Assembly: GCF_006345805.1 (NCBI RefSeq)
Contig: NC_042998.1
Span: forward strand, 105,524,001 to 105,588,000
Source of the DNA: Octopus sinensis
Taxonomy: Eukaryota
Direction of reading: 5' to 3'
Length of the DNA stretch: 64,000 nucleotides
Both the position numbers and the translations under genes were made by a program. A model generated the notes under the pieces. It did no database searches and was not told where the DNA came from. It saw nothing but the letters and a program-made list of their open reading frames with translations. Each line of letters starts with the position of its first letter. Position 1 is the stretch's first letter. Below are positions 11,305 to 24,463 of the stretch, one piece after another.

Positions 11305-12227
11305 ATTAGATCAAACTTGACTGGAAAATTTCTGATCAAATTCATTTTAGACTTAAATATCCTCCTCTTTTTAGCAGCATCTTGATCTAGGTTAGAATTA
11401 CCTGATCCTGTGCTTCTCTATTTTTGTCCATCCTCAAATACTATCCCTATCAAGAAGTGGTTTGAGGATGATTTAGCTGCTATTTCTGGAAAGCTAAATG
11501 ACCATGTTGGTATATCATTGCCAGTTTAGTATTCAATCTCTTGTTTATAAATATGACCATATGAAAAACTGCTACATTATTAATGGCTTCTGTCATGGTT
11601 TGGTTCTTCAATTTGATTATTTGATAGGAATTCTTTGTTGTAAATGACTTTTGCTTTATCGTGCTGGAACTGGCCTTCCATTTTATCCTACTACCCTCAT
11701 TATTATGGACGAGTTTTAATTGTTCACTTGCCAGTAATGTTTCATATTTTGAAGCTTCGCTGATTTTTCTTTCAGGAATATGTCTCCTTTGCTGATATAC
11801 ATCAGAAAAAAAACATACACACATGCACACACATGCACACACACAAACACACAAACACACACACATACATATACACATATGCACATTCATGCACATGCAC
11901 ACCCATAAACACACACATGCATATATATTATATTCATAGTTGGCAGACTTCTGCACATGTTTTCTACATTTCAATGGTATTAGTGAACTCGAGGCTATGG
12001 GATTTATTCATTTTATGTTACAGTGAGACAATCACTGGTTTACAGTATTTGTGACAGCAACAGTGATAAGGGAGCACCTCTAACTCAATGCAGAATACAT
12101 ACCTCAAGTACTTCATTTGTAAAAGCTCTGGTTTTTCGCTTTTGTTAATGTTTGCATGTCCAATGCTAATACACATCAGCAAAAGTTACACACACACATA
12201 TAATATACACGTAGTACATATGTATAT

Positions 12228-12603
12228 GGCTCTGCATTAAGAAGTTTGCTTCCCAACACTAGCATAACAAGGAGAAGCCAGCAGGGTCGGTCTGCCCTGG
12301 GCAGCACTTTTGAAGGGGCACCACTTTTGGGTCTGCTGTAGGCAATATGTGTTTTTTTGTGGGGTCTGGGGGTGGCAAACAGAAGGCTTGCCTTGGGCAG
12401 CACACATTAGTGCTTCCCAACCACATGTGACACTTGGGCAAGTGTCTTCTACTATAACCTCAGGCTGATCAAAGCCTCGTGAATGGATTTGGTAGACGGA
12501 AACTGAAAGAAGTCCATTGTGTGTGTGTTGTGTTTTGTGTGTGTGTGTTGTGTTTTGTGTGTGTGTGTTGTGTTTTGTGTGTGTGTGTTGTGTGTGTGTG
12601 TGT

Positions 12604-12643
<40 letters not shown>

Positions 12644-12775
12644 TGTGCACTTGTGTTTGTCCCTCACCAACACTTGACAAACAATATTGGTTTGTTTATC
12701 TCTCCATCACCTAGCAGTTCAACAAAAAGAACAGATAAAGTAAGTACCAGGCTTAGAAAAAAAATGTAAGCACAG
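12228..12775 (+). mobile_element. SINE family B with internal (GT)n/20-bp minisatellite and a nested MITE
   Basis: Head TTAAGAAGTTTGCTTCCCAAC, CTTGGGCAAGTGTCTTCTACTATA, GGAAACTGAAAGAAG, microsatellite, tail TTTGTCCC...AAGTAAGTACCAGGCTT. Confidence 0.85.
12257..12412. mobile_element. hAT-type MITE (156 bp) nested in SINE B
   Basis: Perfect 8-bp TSD CTTCCCAA (12249-12256, 12413-12420); degenerate termini CACTAGCATA...CACATTAGTG; removal restores the SINE head. Confidence 0.75.
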
Positions 12776-12789
12776 ATACGTCCATTTGA

Positions 12790-13490
12790 CCTTCCTCTTG
12801 ATGAGGTGTCATTCAATCCCAGCTCTCTGAGAGACCAGCTTCACAGCTCTTAACTGTTTCCTTTCTTCCTCCTGGTTCTATACATCTGCCCGGAGCATGG
12901 CCCTCCTCTCCTTAATATCTGCCTTCTTCCATTGCTGGAAATGGGAAGAACAGAGGAATGAGGAACTGGGACCCTGCTGTATTCTGCTCAAAGAATCCAG
13001 TACAAAGAAAAACAGAAGAGGAGATAGGGAGCATTTTTGGTGAACAGATGATGCAAAGCACTTCAAATAGATGGCCATTATTTTAGCTGCCAAACATATA
13101 CCTAAAAGTGTAGTGATCAAGCCTCTGCAGACAGAACCAAAACCTACTGTTCTTCGGACAGCTATCAGATAGCAGTCAACCTTGTCTTGCACTTTAAACT
13201 GATCTAGATTGAACATAGCCTTACTGAAACCAGATCTAATACTAACCAAATTTACAAAATATTAGATGAGGTGGCGGTTGTTATTGATAGTTATACTTGG
13301 TTTTGCACAAGTTTGTGCATCAACTTCCTGATGAGCTCCTTTGACAAAATGTTTAACACTGTGTTGAGCAGATTATGGGCTTTCAGCAGCATCATCAGTC
13401 CCTAGCTTGTAGAATTTGGAATGTCCCTGGTCTGCTGTCATCTGTTAACAGACAGCTGCCTAGACAGTTTTGAACAAGTTTGCCATGCTA
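12790..13490 (-). pseudogene. L1/Tx1-clade reverse transcriptase remnant
   Basis: LDQFKVQDKVD (decayed LDQxKAFDRVD) and SVHQKCSLSPLLFFFVLDSL (decayed SVRQGCPLSPLLF). Confidence 0.7.
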
Positions 13491-13778
13491 CAACAGCAAC
13501 AACAATGACGACAACAATGATGACGACACCACCTCCACCATCACCACCACCAACAACAACAACATAATAATGATGATGATGATGATGATAAGTAACAATA
13601 GCAGCAGTAGCTTTACAAAATATGATTATAAAATAACATGATAAACAAGCAATATTGTTTTGATCATGATCAACATCATCTCAAATTTTATCATAATTAT
13701 CATCATCAATTGAAAAAGAATTGTCGTTTCTGGTCGGTTTAGTTGATGCTTTTGCATTCTTACTTTTTGAATTGATTT

Positions 13779-14154
13779 TCAAAACTATCCTGCCCATTAC
13801 CATTGTACATTCTTCACCACTTCATCTCTGAGGCCTAACTTCTATGAATGATCTTATCAATAGACTGAGGCCTACGTGATTTGTGTCTGAAATGTCAAAT
13901 TAAAACAACCAAGTGATTAAGGAGACACACCAAAGGCCAAATGGAAGAATAATTTTCAAAGTTATTCATAATAGATGCTTGACAGAGCAGAAAGGTTGTA
14001 GACTACATTCCTTGAAGCAACAGAAGTGGATTGATGTTCATGCATTGTTTTAAACATGTAGTGGCTGCATGGATAGGTGACTGGATTAATGTGTCATAGG
14101 TCATGTAATAAAATTTTTTAGTGACAATAGGGTATGCTCTTCATCAAGACATTA
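13779..14154 (+). repeat. Copy 1 of a ~375-bp direct duplication
   Basis: Aligns end to end with 15122-15492. Confidence 0.92.
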
Positions 14155-14404
14155 ATTTCCTTCTATTTATCAATCCTGCTCAAAATATGCATAAACTTCA
14201 TTTCACAAGTTAGTGATTTCCAGTTAGTGTGGGAAATAGCATTTAGGTGAATAATCTTTGTTCCAAGAACCTTGGGTCTAAGGTATAACGTTTCATCAAT
14301 CCATACTGTTAATCTGCATCTTAATACTTGCGATGCTTCTAAGTATTGCTCTGAATCATAATACTTTTTGCAACATTTTTATCAAAAGAAGCAAGGTGTA
14401 AAAT

Positions 14405-14610
14405 AATTGGTTTAAAACTTGGGCACAAGGCCAGCAAGTCTGGAGGAGGGGTTAAGTCGATAACATCGACCCAAGTGATCAACTGTTATTTATTTTATCA
14501 ACCCTGAAAGGAAGAAAGGCAAAGTCAACTTCAACAGAATTTGAACTCGAAACATAAAGACATACAAAATGCTACTAAGCATTTTTCTGGGCATGGTAAC
14601 GATTCCACAA
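14405..14610 (-). mobile_element. SINE family A
   Basis: Core and B-box (TTTGAACTC) on the minus strand. Confidence 0.8.
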
Positions 14611-15121
14611 GACCCTATTTTATGGTGTAAAATAATTGAAATAAAATAATAATTAATTAATTAATGCATTATATATTACTATACAGATCAAATAACAGAA
14701 TTTAATGATCTTAATCTTTATGCATGGCATCTTATAACCTTAGACAATGTAAAACATTTGTAGTCTATTAAACCGGAAAATAAAGACCACCTACACTGTA
14801 TTGTTGAGCAATGTTATTCTAGACTCACTCTTCCATGAAAGGGAAAGAATTTCATAAACTTGAATATCTGTTTGTTGTTGCATATAACAAATTTAAGTAT
14901 TTTGCATATTGTTTGGGAAATAGATTTTACAGTTAAATAGTTTTCATCCGTGAAATAAAAAAAGACTGAGTCAGACAAGGTTATGAACTTTCCTTGCAGT
15001 TCAAGCCTTAGTTGCAAAAAATGTTATCAAAAATGAAAACATGTTTCAAATATTAAAAATATATAGAAATAGTAATTATTCATGAAACTATACCTGAACC
15101 ATACAGGTATGCCTACACCAA

Positions 15122-15492
15122 TCAAAACTATCCTGCCCATTACCATTTCATATTCTTCATCACTTCATCTCTGAGGCCTAACTTCTATGATGTGATCTTT
15201 GACTGAGGCTTACGTGATTTGCGTCTGAAATGTCAAATTAAAATAACAAAGTGATTAAGGAGACACACCAGAGGCCAAATGGAAGAATAATTGTCAAAGT
15301 TATTCATAATGGATGCTTGACAGAACAGAAAAGTTGTAGACTACATACCTTGAAGCAACAGAAGTGGATTGAAGCTTACGCATTGTTTTAAACATGTAGT
15401 GGCTGCATGGGTAAGTGAATGGAATAATGTGTCAAAAATCATGTAATCAGAATTTACAATGACAATGAGATATGCTCTTCATCTAGACATTA
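15122..15492 (+). repeat. Copy 2 of the ~375-bp direct duplication
   Basis: Aligns with 13779-14154, roughly 85-90% by eye. Confidence 0.92.
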
Positions 15493-16539
15493 CTCAAGGA
15501 AGATTTTTAAAGTGAGATATGAATGATTCCAAGTAGAGTATAACATATGTCTATGATATACCAGTGATACTATATAATATTATTTTGCAAATTAAAGATT
15601 GAAGGTGAATAACATTAAATAATACAGCATTAAAATAGAGATTCTAACATAGGCAAATGCAATAAACTTTTGTGAGAAGGGGAAGCTTACCCTAGTAATT
15701 AACTGGTACTTATTATATTGACCCCCCAAGAAGATGAAAGATAAAGTTGCACATAGAAGATTATAGTCAAATACATTCCACTTTATCTACTTTACCAATC
15801 TGTCTCCCTACCAAATACATCAGATTAACAGGCTGAAGAATTAAAGAAAAATATATTTAGTAAATTCTGAAATAATATTACAGTAGTCATAATGATATTA
15901 TATAATAATATTTAATAAGCATCAATGATTCTCAACTTAACATTAGTTCTTTTTATAATGCTTTAACAATAAAATTAATGAAAACTATTATTAGCAATTG
16001 TAGCATTTATAAGAATCAATTAAATATAAGTAAGAACAAGAGACTTACTTTTACTGTAAAACATCTTCTAACCCTGATATTTCAGCTAAAAGTGACTCAA
16101 ATCACAGGTGAAGTGAGCTGGAGGAACATATTAGTTTGTCAATGTACTTTGTATAATTAATTGCACATTCAGATAAGTACCTTTAGTTTATGTAATTGCT
16201 AACATCCACTGAGGTTATTTCTCACACTACTAATTTACAGACATAACACTTATAATAAAAGTATTCTATATGAAACAAAAAAGCTAGACAAAGAACTACA
16301 AGAATATAATTAATACTTTTGGATAGTCAAATACTCTTTAGAATGCAATGAAATATTTCACATGAAACTAATAGGCAAATGATTAATTGACTATTCTATG
16401 GAGAAAATCTGAAGTAATCATAATACATATTTACTGAGACAACGACACATACACTGAATAAGTAAATAATCATCTGCACTAAAATCAACATGAAAACACA
16501 GTGTATGTATATTTTCTATTGAGAGCAGAGGCCATTATA

Positions 16540-17065
16540 TGAGGTCCAGTCAAAAAGTATCAGGACTGGTGTTATAAAAATAAAACTACAACACATACCA
16601 ATTTGGCACTTAATCTTCTTTGAAGCAGTTCCCTTCTGAAGCCAGCATCGTTTCCATTATCCAGCATCATTTCCATTGATGGATGCATTCCTAGAATTCC
16701 TTTTTTAAGAATAGCAAACAGCTATTTCAGTGTTTTGAAATCTTGTTCCGTTCAAGTGGGATTTGATTTTTGAAAAAGATTCTTAGCCATAATAACTTTA
16801 AGGTTGTCACTTTCCACACACACACACACACACACGTTTTCTCTGCCATTGCTACTGATGGAACTTCTGTGGTGTAATGAAATTATCACACTCTACACAC
16901 TGTAATTCCAAGCATTGCTATAGATGATGGAAGTTAGTGAGAACATTATAACTCAGTGTACATGTGCACTAGTGTTTAAGGTCAATTAGTGCCAAATGGC
17001 TTCAATATGCATACTTTAGCTCCATTACCATAGCAACAGTTCTGATACTTTTTGACTAGACCTCA
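16540..17065. mobile_element. Non-autonomous mariner-type element (526 bp)
   Basis: 29-bp TIRs TGAGGTCCAGTCAAAAAGTATCAGGACTG / CAGTTCTGATACTTTTTGACTAGACCTCA (27/29), TA on both flanks. Confidence 0.9.
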
Positions 17066-18624
17066 TATACATGAAAAGAGCATGAATTCACAAACATGAA
17101 CATATAGGCACTTGCATGGTCATGGGGCCTAACATGTTTCCTTCAGGACAATATATTTTCAGGTTTCATACTATTGCATGGCACCAATACCACATGAATA
17201 AAATGTGGTACACAGAAACTGTGAATATATACACTGGAAAAAGCTGAAGATAGGAAGAATAAAGTTTACATACACACCTTTATGCTAAACACCAACATTT
17301 CAGCATAACATTGTGGAAACACTATGATGTAGCAGAGAGCTTCCTTCATTTAAGCTTATTAGCTAATTAAAACCAGATTATTTCTATAACAAATTTTTCC
17401 CCATTCTATTACAGATATTAATGAAAGACTTCCCTGGTATGAGCATAAAGCATTTCACTATTGGTCTCAATGTTCTGAAAATTTCCTTTATATTTGTTAA
17501 TATCTTCTATCATATCTATTCAGCTGGTTTTTCTTTCACTTCCATTGGAAGCAGATTTTCTATATCATATGCATTTCTTTTCAGCATCCTCTTGTACTAG
17601 AAAGGTCGTTTTTTTTTCCTTGTTACAGAAGTGCTTTTCTCCATAATGATATCTTGATTGATTGCTATACACTTCCTCACAAGTTAAAACCCTTCCCATC
17701 TCAATGTATTGAACATCTAATACTTTGTATCTCTCCCAGTTAAGTACACCTATTGTACAGCTTTCATCCAATCCCCTTAACATGGCTCGCTCCCATCATT
17801 TTTCTTCTAATCCTTCCAAGTGTGTCAATTATCTCATATTGTGTTATCTAATGTAACAGTACCCCTGTTTTGACATTTTTTTTTTCTTTCTTTCATTTTT
17901 TCTTTGCAGATAACTTTCCAATACAAGGGAACAAGGCAACATCATTAGTGGCTGAAAAAATAATTCTTCCAAACAAGTCTTTATTTTTTTATATTTTTCA
18001 ATAAAAAAATAATATAAGAAACAGTAAAAAAAATAATCAAATTATGTCATTTGATATTTTTCCATAACTTGGTTATTTTAAAACAGTGAAAGAATTGTAC
18101 AGATTAAGCAGAAAAAAGTCAAGAGGAAAATTTACAAAAACTTCACAGCAGCTTGGAGATTTTATCTGAGAAGGAAATTGGATCTATACTAGTTGAATTG
18201 AAATAATTGTTTGTTCTTTGTCACTGATTATCCTATATTCACAAGTATAACTAGAGATGCATACAATTTGATCCACCCAGGGACACTGTTTGGCTTTTGC
18301 ATACCTTGTGCTTTTTTCCTTCATTTGATTGTTGTAAAAGAATGCTAGTAATCAAGGCCATGTAAAAATTCCACAAAGAAATGGCTGGGTAGTATTAATT
18401 TATTTGTTGTGAGTTTTAGATAATCAATTATATCCAGCTTTAAATTTTAAAAATTTCAATTTCTTTTTTCTAAACAACTTCCGATGAGGCATGTCATGAG
18501 TTTTAAGGATCTTGGAGAGAACCAAGAAACTTGAAATATGCAAATTCATTAATAGTCATGTTGTTTGTCAAATATCTAAAGTTATCAATCTAATTTTTTA
18601 TCTCTTGCTACAAATGGAAATCAT

Positions 18625-18900
18625 ATCATCATTATCTACATTTAATTTCCATTTTCCATTCTGGCATGGGTTGGACAGCTTGACAGGAACTGGCAAGGCC
18701 AGGGCCTGTACCAAGTTCCATAGTCTGTTTTGGTTTGGTTTCTATAGCTGAATGCCCTTCCTGGTGCCAACCACTTTACAAAGTGTACTGGGTGCTTCTT
18801 ACATGGCACCATCACCATTGCCTTTTATGGGGAACCAGTACAAGTGCTTTTTACATGGTGCCAACACCCACATCAATGCTTTTTATGTGGCACCTTGGAA
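18625..18900 (-). mobile_element. LINE 3'UTR fragment, (GAT)n-tail family
   Basis: TTCCATTCTGGCATGGGTTGGACAG...GCCAACCACTTTAC. Confidence 0.7.
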
Positions 18901-20023
18901 ATATATAAATATATAACATATGCACATGGGGAAACAACAGAACCTGTATGTGATCACTTCCTTTGTTAGAAATAACAGTAAAATTTCCCTTAAATTACAT
19001 TCTTGTATTTTAAGACTGTTTTGGATAATGTGGTAATTGATACATGATATTTCAAAAAGAATGGGATGGTCATGACTGGAACTATTTTGATCGTAGTTCT
19101 ACTCATTCAGGCCTAATCTGGAGCCCAACAACAATAAATATAACACCATGAGATGTAACATATTTTTATATCACTATTTAAAAATATTTTCAAATAGTGA
19201 AATAATAAATTTGTGTTGTCAAAGGATGACAGTTGGTGAGGAAATTTAGACAGAGAAAGAATTCCTGAAGAATGCATTTCTAGAGCAAAGTTTAGTATGA
19301 GCTGGGGTCTGCTTGACTGATACTCAGAACAAATGACAGAAGAAAGAATTTAGGGGCATTGTCGGTAATTACCAAAAAACTGATATAGTAGCTTTATCAA
19401 CTGAATTATAAGAATTATCGTGAGATTATAAATCTAAGTTTATTTTTTTTAAATGATGCAATGTTGTTTTGTTCTCAGATGGGAAAGTAGAGGGTGTGTA
19501 TGTTAGTAAGAGAATTACAAAAAAACATTTGGGGAAAAATAAATAATGTTTCTTAGCTTTTGTATATCGCATGCTAACTTTTCATATGGCTACATACTTC
19601 AGACAAATTGTTCATTAACAAGTGCATTATGGGATTCTATATGAGATGATATCTGAAGGTGTTATGAAGCAAAACAGAATTAGTCATGTATTTCATTGGT
19701 AATTAAGGGTACAGCTGAGTACCAAGCAGAGTTCTGTCTTTAGCCATCTTTCCTTAATCCTTAACCAATGAATAAATTCTTTGTGAAATACATTAAGGAC
19801 ACTGAAGATGGTTTGATTCTAAAATAACATGGTAAAGTGTGTTAGCTAACAATTCATTTGTTGATTTTACTATGCTGCTATCATTGGGAGCAAAAAGTTG
19901 TTCTTAGGTCATTTATGAGTTTCTTGATGAAAGACAACACATTGCAATTGATTGGATGCATTATTTGGGCAGTTCAGCCAGTTTATTTGTTACTCTATGC
20001 ATTCAGTTCTACACACCTCTCTT

Positions 20024-20082
<59 letters not shown>

Positions 20083-20099
20083 CTCTCACTCTGTCTGTC

Positions 20100-20329
20100 T
20101 ACTTGTTTCAATCATGAGACTGTGACTGTTCTTGTTCATCACTGTGAAGGGTTCAGTCAAACAAATTGACCCCTGTACTTATTTTTTAAAGCCTGGTATT
20201 TATTCTATCAGTGTCTTTTTGCCAAATCACGAGTTATGGGAGCATAAACAAACCAATATAAGTTGTCAAGCAGTGGTGGGAGACAAACACAAAGACACAT
20301 GCACATAGATACATACATATATACATACA

Positions 20330-20364
<35 letters not shown>

Positions 20365-20370
20365 GTATGC

Positions 20371-20401
<31 letters not shown>

Positions 20402-20550
20402 ACTTCTTTCAGTTTCCATTTGCCAAATCCTCTCACAAGGTTTTGGTTGGCCTGTAGCTATAGTAGGAAACACTTGCCCAAGGTGTCATGCAGTGGGAAC
20501 GAACCCAGAATCATGCGGTTGGGAAGCTAACTTCTTACTACATAGCTATG
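20100..20550 (-). mobile_element. SINE family B with internal (TACA)n/(TA)n
   Basis: Tail, microsatellite and head in reverse orientation. Confidence 0.85.
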
Positions 20551-20564
20551 GTTGTATCTTGGAG

Positions 20565-21020
20565 CTTTACAGGACTACATCATGCTCCAGTGTCTGCTTT
20601 GGCATGATTTCTATGGCTGAATGTCCTTCCTTATACCAACCATTTTACAGCATGTACTGAAAGCATTTTCATACCACCATCATTAGTAGGGTCACCGTGC
20701 AGCTTGCAAAACTCCAAACCTCAAAAGGGACGGCCTTATGCTATGAGGCAAGGGGTTAAGGTTTGTGGGGAAGGGAGAAAAAGCAGAAGTGTCTTGAAGT
20801 AGAGGAGCCACATGGTTTCTCATATTTTAGAAGTGAGGGTGGATGTGAGTGAGGATAGTACTAGGAAAGGATAAAAAACAGGGATGAGGTGTTTGGGTAA
20901 GTTACAAAGGGAATAGAATTAAATGATGTCAAGACTGGGAGTGTGGGAGGGTAGGTGTTGCAAAGGCATATGGCAAAGTGAGGGTAGGGAATAGGTGAGG
21001 TGTGTGTGAGCATAATGAAT
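20565..21020 (-). mobile_element. CR1-group LINE 3' remnant, same family as 1238-2020
   Basis: Shared 3'UTR blocks; minus strand SLCNLPKHLIP (decayed LWNxLP motif). Confidence 0.55.
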
Positions 21021-21239
21021 GAAGAACAGGTTTTAAGGATAATATATTGGTGAATCCTATTATACTAAAGTATTCATTTTAAATTTTATTATTTATACAC
21101 TCTTGTTATCTCTAAAGAAAGGTTTACCCACAAATTAATTTCCTAGTTTAGTCATTTGCTCATTAGTTTAGTCATTTGCAAATGGTATACACTGTAAAAT
21201 TGTATGATTCAAATATATTATGCCTTCTTTTCTTATCTT

Positions 21240-21485
21240 GAGGCCTTGGCATCTGTGTCGGTGACATGTAAAATGCAGCAATCGATCGTGGCTGTTTGCC
21301 AGCCCTCTCTGGCCCCTGCGCTGGTGTCACAAAAAAAGCACCCACTACACTCACAGAGTGATTGGCATTAGGAAGGTCATCCAGCTGTAGAAACACTACT
21401 AGATCAGACTGGTGCAGCGTTCTGGCTTCCCAGACCAACCCATGCTAGCATGGAAAACGGACGTTAAACGATGATGATGATGATT
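21240..21485 (+). mobile_element. LINE 3'UTR with (GAT)n tail
   Basis: CCATGCTAGCATGGAAAACGGACGTTAAACGATGATGATG. Confidence 0.85.
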
Positions 21486-22117
21486 TTACTTCACTCTGAT
21501 GAAGCTCTATGTACCAGATCGGATGTACTATAGAATATGACAAATATTATTCTCAGAATTTTCTTTGGCAGTGCTGACAGACATCGGAAGCAGAAATGGC
21601 TGTTAGAAATGATAAAATTTTTTATTAAAAAATATTAATTGTTGGTAGTCAATTTGTTTGTTGATCAAGAATTTTCTCCATTTTCTGCTTAACTTAAATT
21701 TAATTCCTGATAAAAACTCTTCTTTATTTTGTTATTGCCTGTATCCTATGAGCATAATATGCTTGTATATGTATGCCCAGGGTTAACATAGGTAACTTAT
21801 ACCGATAGTAAAAATGGATATTCTTATCCCTTAGACAGTTATTCCAACCACTAACTCTACTATCCTATATATATATAGTCCACAGATGAGATCCAGGGAT
21901 TCTCATTATAAAAGACACTTAGTAGCACTCAAGTGATTCAAACTTAGACTCCTGTCTTTACTCAGGATCAGTTCCACAGGGTAAAGAACAGCTATAAGAA
22001 GGAGCAAATTGAACAGATACAGAAGCAATTATGCAGGTAAACAAACTAGATTTATTAAATATAACATTTTGGGAAATATATATATATTTTGTATTTCATA
22101 CCCAAACTGTTTTATTT

Positions 22118-22510
22118 AATACTAGCAGTATTGCCCGGCGTTGCTCAGGTTTGTTTCGACCCGCTGGAATTGGAATTTTTGAAAAGTAAAAATTTTGCAT
22201 TATGTAGCTTGTTATTCTCTTCAAGTGAACATTTTTCTGGTTGAAATACACTGAAAAGTGGCGACACATCAGTGAAAAAATCGTAAAAAATAGGGATTTT
22301 CATAGAAAAAAGCACCTTTTTGATGTAAATAATTTTTGGTGTTAACATGGTCCGATTTGAATTTTATCTTCTACGGAAGGAAGAGCAACCCTTCTATCAT
22401 ACTCTCAATTTTGGTCAACTTGCGCCGCAGGGTCTCGGAGGAGATAGTGTTAGTTGAAGGTTACCAAACCTGGTGCACACAGACAACTTCAGCTTTATAT
22501 AGAGAGAGAT
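22118..22510 (+). mobile_element. DINE-1/HINE-like non-autonomous Helentron-associated element
   Basis: 5' ACTAGCAGTATTGCCCGGCGTTGCTCAGG (subterminal hairpin); 3' CAGCTTTATATAGAGAGAGAT. A short inverse relative lies at ~31255-31420. Confidence 0.6.
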
Positions 22511-22729
22511 AACACACACACATTAATACACATACATACACACACACATGTATGTATGTATGGATGGATGTATGTATATATGTACATCTGTCCACTTCTT
22601 GCCATATTTTTATCATTCACTTCCTACACACACACACACTCACAGACACACACACACACACACACACACGCACGCACACACACACACACACACACCTTCT
22701 TAGCTTACAATTTCTTTCTTTCAACAATT

Positions 22730-23265
22730 GACAACTGAAGTACGCTCGCAAATTAATACTACAAAAACTTAGCGACAGAAAGTAAATTAAAAACCAATCG
22801 TAAAATATTGAGTTTTCTCGAATTTTTGCTTAATTGGGGGTCAAATTGAAAGAAATTTATATGCCATGACCCAATGGAATGTACTTCGAAAAATCATAGG
22901 TAAATTCCAATTGAAGAAATTGTGTGAGGAGTAAATCGTTATGTATTTATTTGTTTCTGTTTCCTGTGTATTTTTTTGAGTAGTGGTTGGAGGTACACTT
23001 GCAAAGGGAAAGTAGAAGAAAGTGTGGTAACAGAAGGAGTGAAGCAGTTGAAATTAGAGAGGCAAATCGTAAAATATTTAGTTTTCTCGAATTTTTGCTT
23101 AATTGGGGGTCAAATTGAAAAAAATTTATATGCCATGACCCAATCGAATCTACTTCGAAAAATCATAGATAAATTCCAATTGAAGAAATTCTATAGGGTA
23201 CAATTGTATTAAAAAGAAACATAGTCACAGGCAGAGAAAATCTGCCTATTATCAAAAGAGATATC
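22730..23265 (+). mobile_element. Probable non-autonomous element with a 126-bp internal duplication
   Basis: 22796-22921 vs 23065-23190 about 96% identical; ends CCTATTATCAAAAGAGAT. Confidence 0.5.
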
Positions 23266-23316
23266 TAATTTGTTTATCCGCATAATTGCCTCCCTCTCTC
23301 TCCCTCTCTCGCTCCC

Positions 23317-23395
<79 letters not shown>

Positions 23396-23404
23396 ATTAT
23401 TATT

Positions 23405-23637
23405 ATGGCTGCCCCCTCGTTATCAAGATTGGCCATTGCACGAAGCTTAACTGTTACTGGTGCTGTGATCGAATGTGACTTTTTAGCCCAGCTAAAGATT
23501 TACCATGTCTTGTACAAAATTGGCAACTAAAACCTTTACTGGTAATAGCCGGCTGTAGTTGTAACTCGGCTTCGTGTACCTTTGCATGTCGTTTAAGTCC
23601 TCCTGCTGAATTACACTCTCTTCCACATGCCCAACAG
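23405..23637 (-). mobile_element. RTE-like LINE 3' end encoding two C2H2 fingers, (TAA)n tail
   Basis: 23636-23454 open: CWACGRECNSAGGLKRHAKVH...FSCQFCTRHGKSLAGLKSHIRSQHQ*. Confidence 0.75.
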
Positions 23638-24235
23638 ATATATATATATATACATATTTATATACATACATATATATATGTATATATGTATACACACACA
23701 CACATATATAGACACACATGCATATAGCTACACACAACACACACACAGAGGCACACACATCAATGTGTGTGTTCACACATGTGTGTGTGTGTGTGTGTGT
23801 GCATGTGTACATATCTGGAAAGAAAAATGTAAAAGATCTCCAAATATTCCTAAGGAAAAGAAATCGTGTTTATATTCTTTCATATAGTTTTTTGTGTTGA
23901 TTAAGATTTCAGAATGCTGCAAGGTCTCTCTTTGGCACTAGACAACAGCACAAAAAGTTAGATAAAGGATTTAAGCACTATTTCATTTCATTTCCAAAGG
24001 ACAATTTGATGACTTCTTGTATCATTATCTGTATATATATATATAAAGAAAAAGAAATGATACTTTTATTATTTCTGACATTATCATGATTGCTGTAGTT
24101 GTCATTACAATTATTTTGGTTTGGCTCAAGTTCATTCTTATTCCTGATAGGATTTATGTAACCTGTAACCTTAAGTATCCGCAAATTTTCACCAATCTTT
24201 CAAGTGCTTAGAATCCTCCTGATAATCATTGATAA

Positions 24236-24318
24236 TTTTTATTATTGTTGTCATTATTATTATTATTATTATTATTGTTGTTGTTGTTGTTGTTGTTATC
24301 ATTATTATTATTATTATT

Positions 24319-24349
<31 letters not shown>

Positions 24350-24392
24350 TATTATCATTATTATTATTATTATATTATTATCATTATTATTA
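24236..24392. repeat. Compound (TTA)n/(TTG)n/(TCA) microsatellite
   Basis: Direct; source of the poly-I/L/Y ORFs. Confidence 0.95.
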
Positions 24393-24422
24393 TTATTTCC
24401 TTCTTTTTGGAATATATATTTG

Positions 24423-24463
<41 letters not shown>

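Noticed and set aside
11480-11800. 164-aa minus-strand ORF as a host exon or Gypsy integrase piece
   Set aside because: N-terminus is (GT)n; only a chance-level HGHL similarity and no further motifs.
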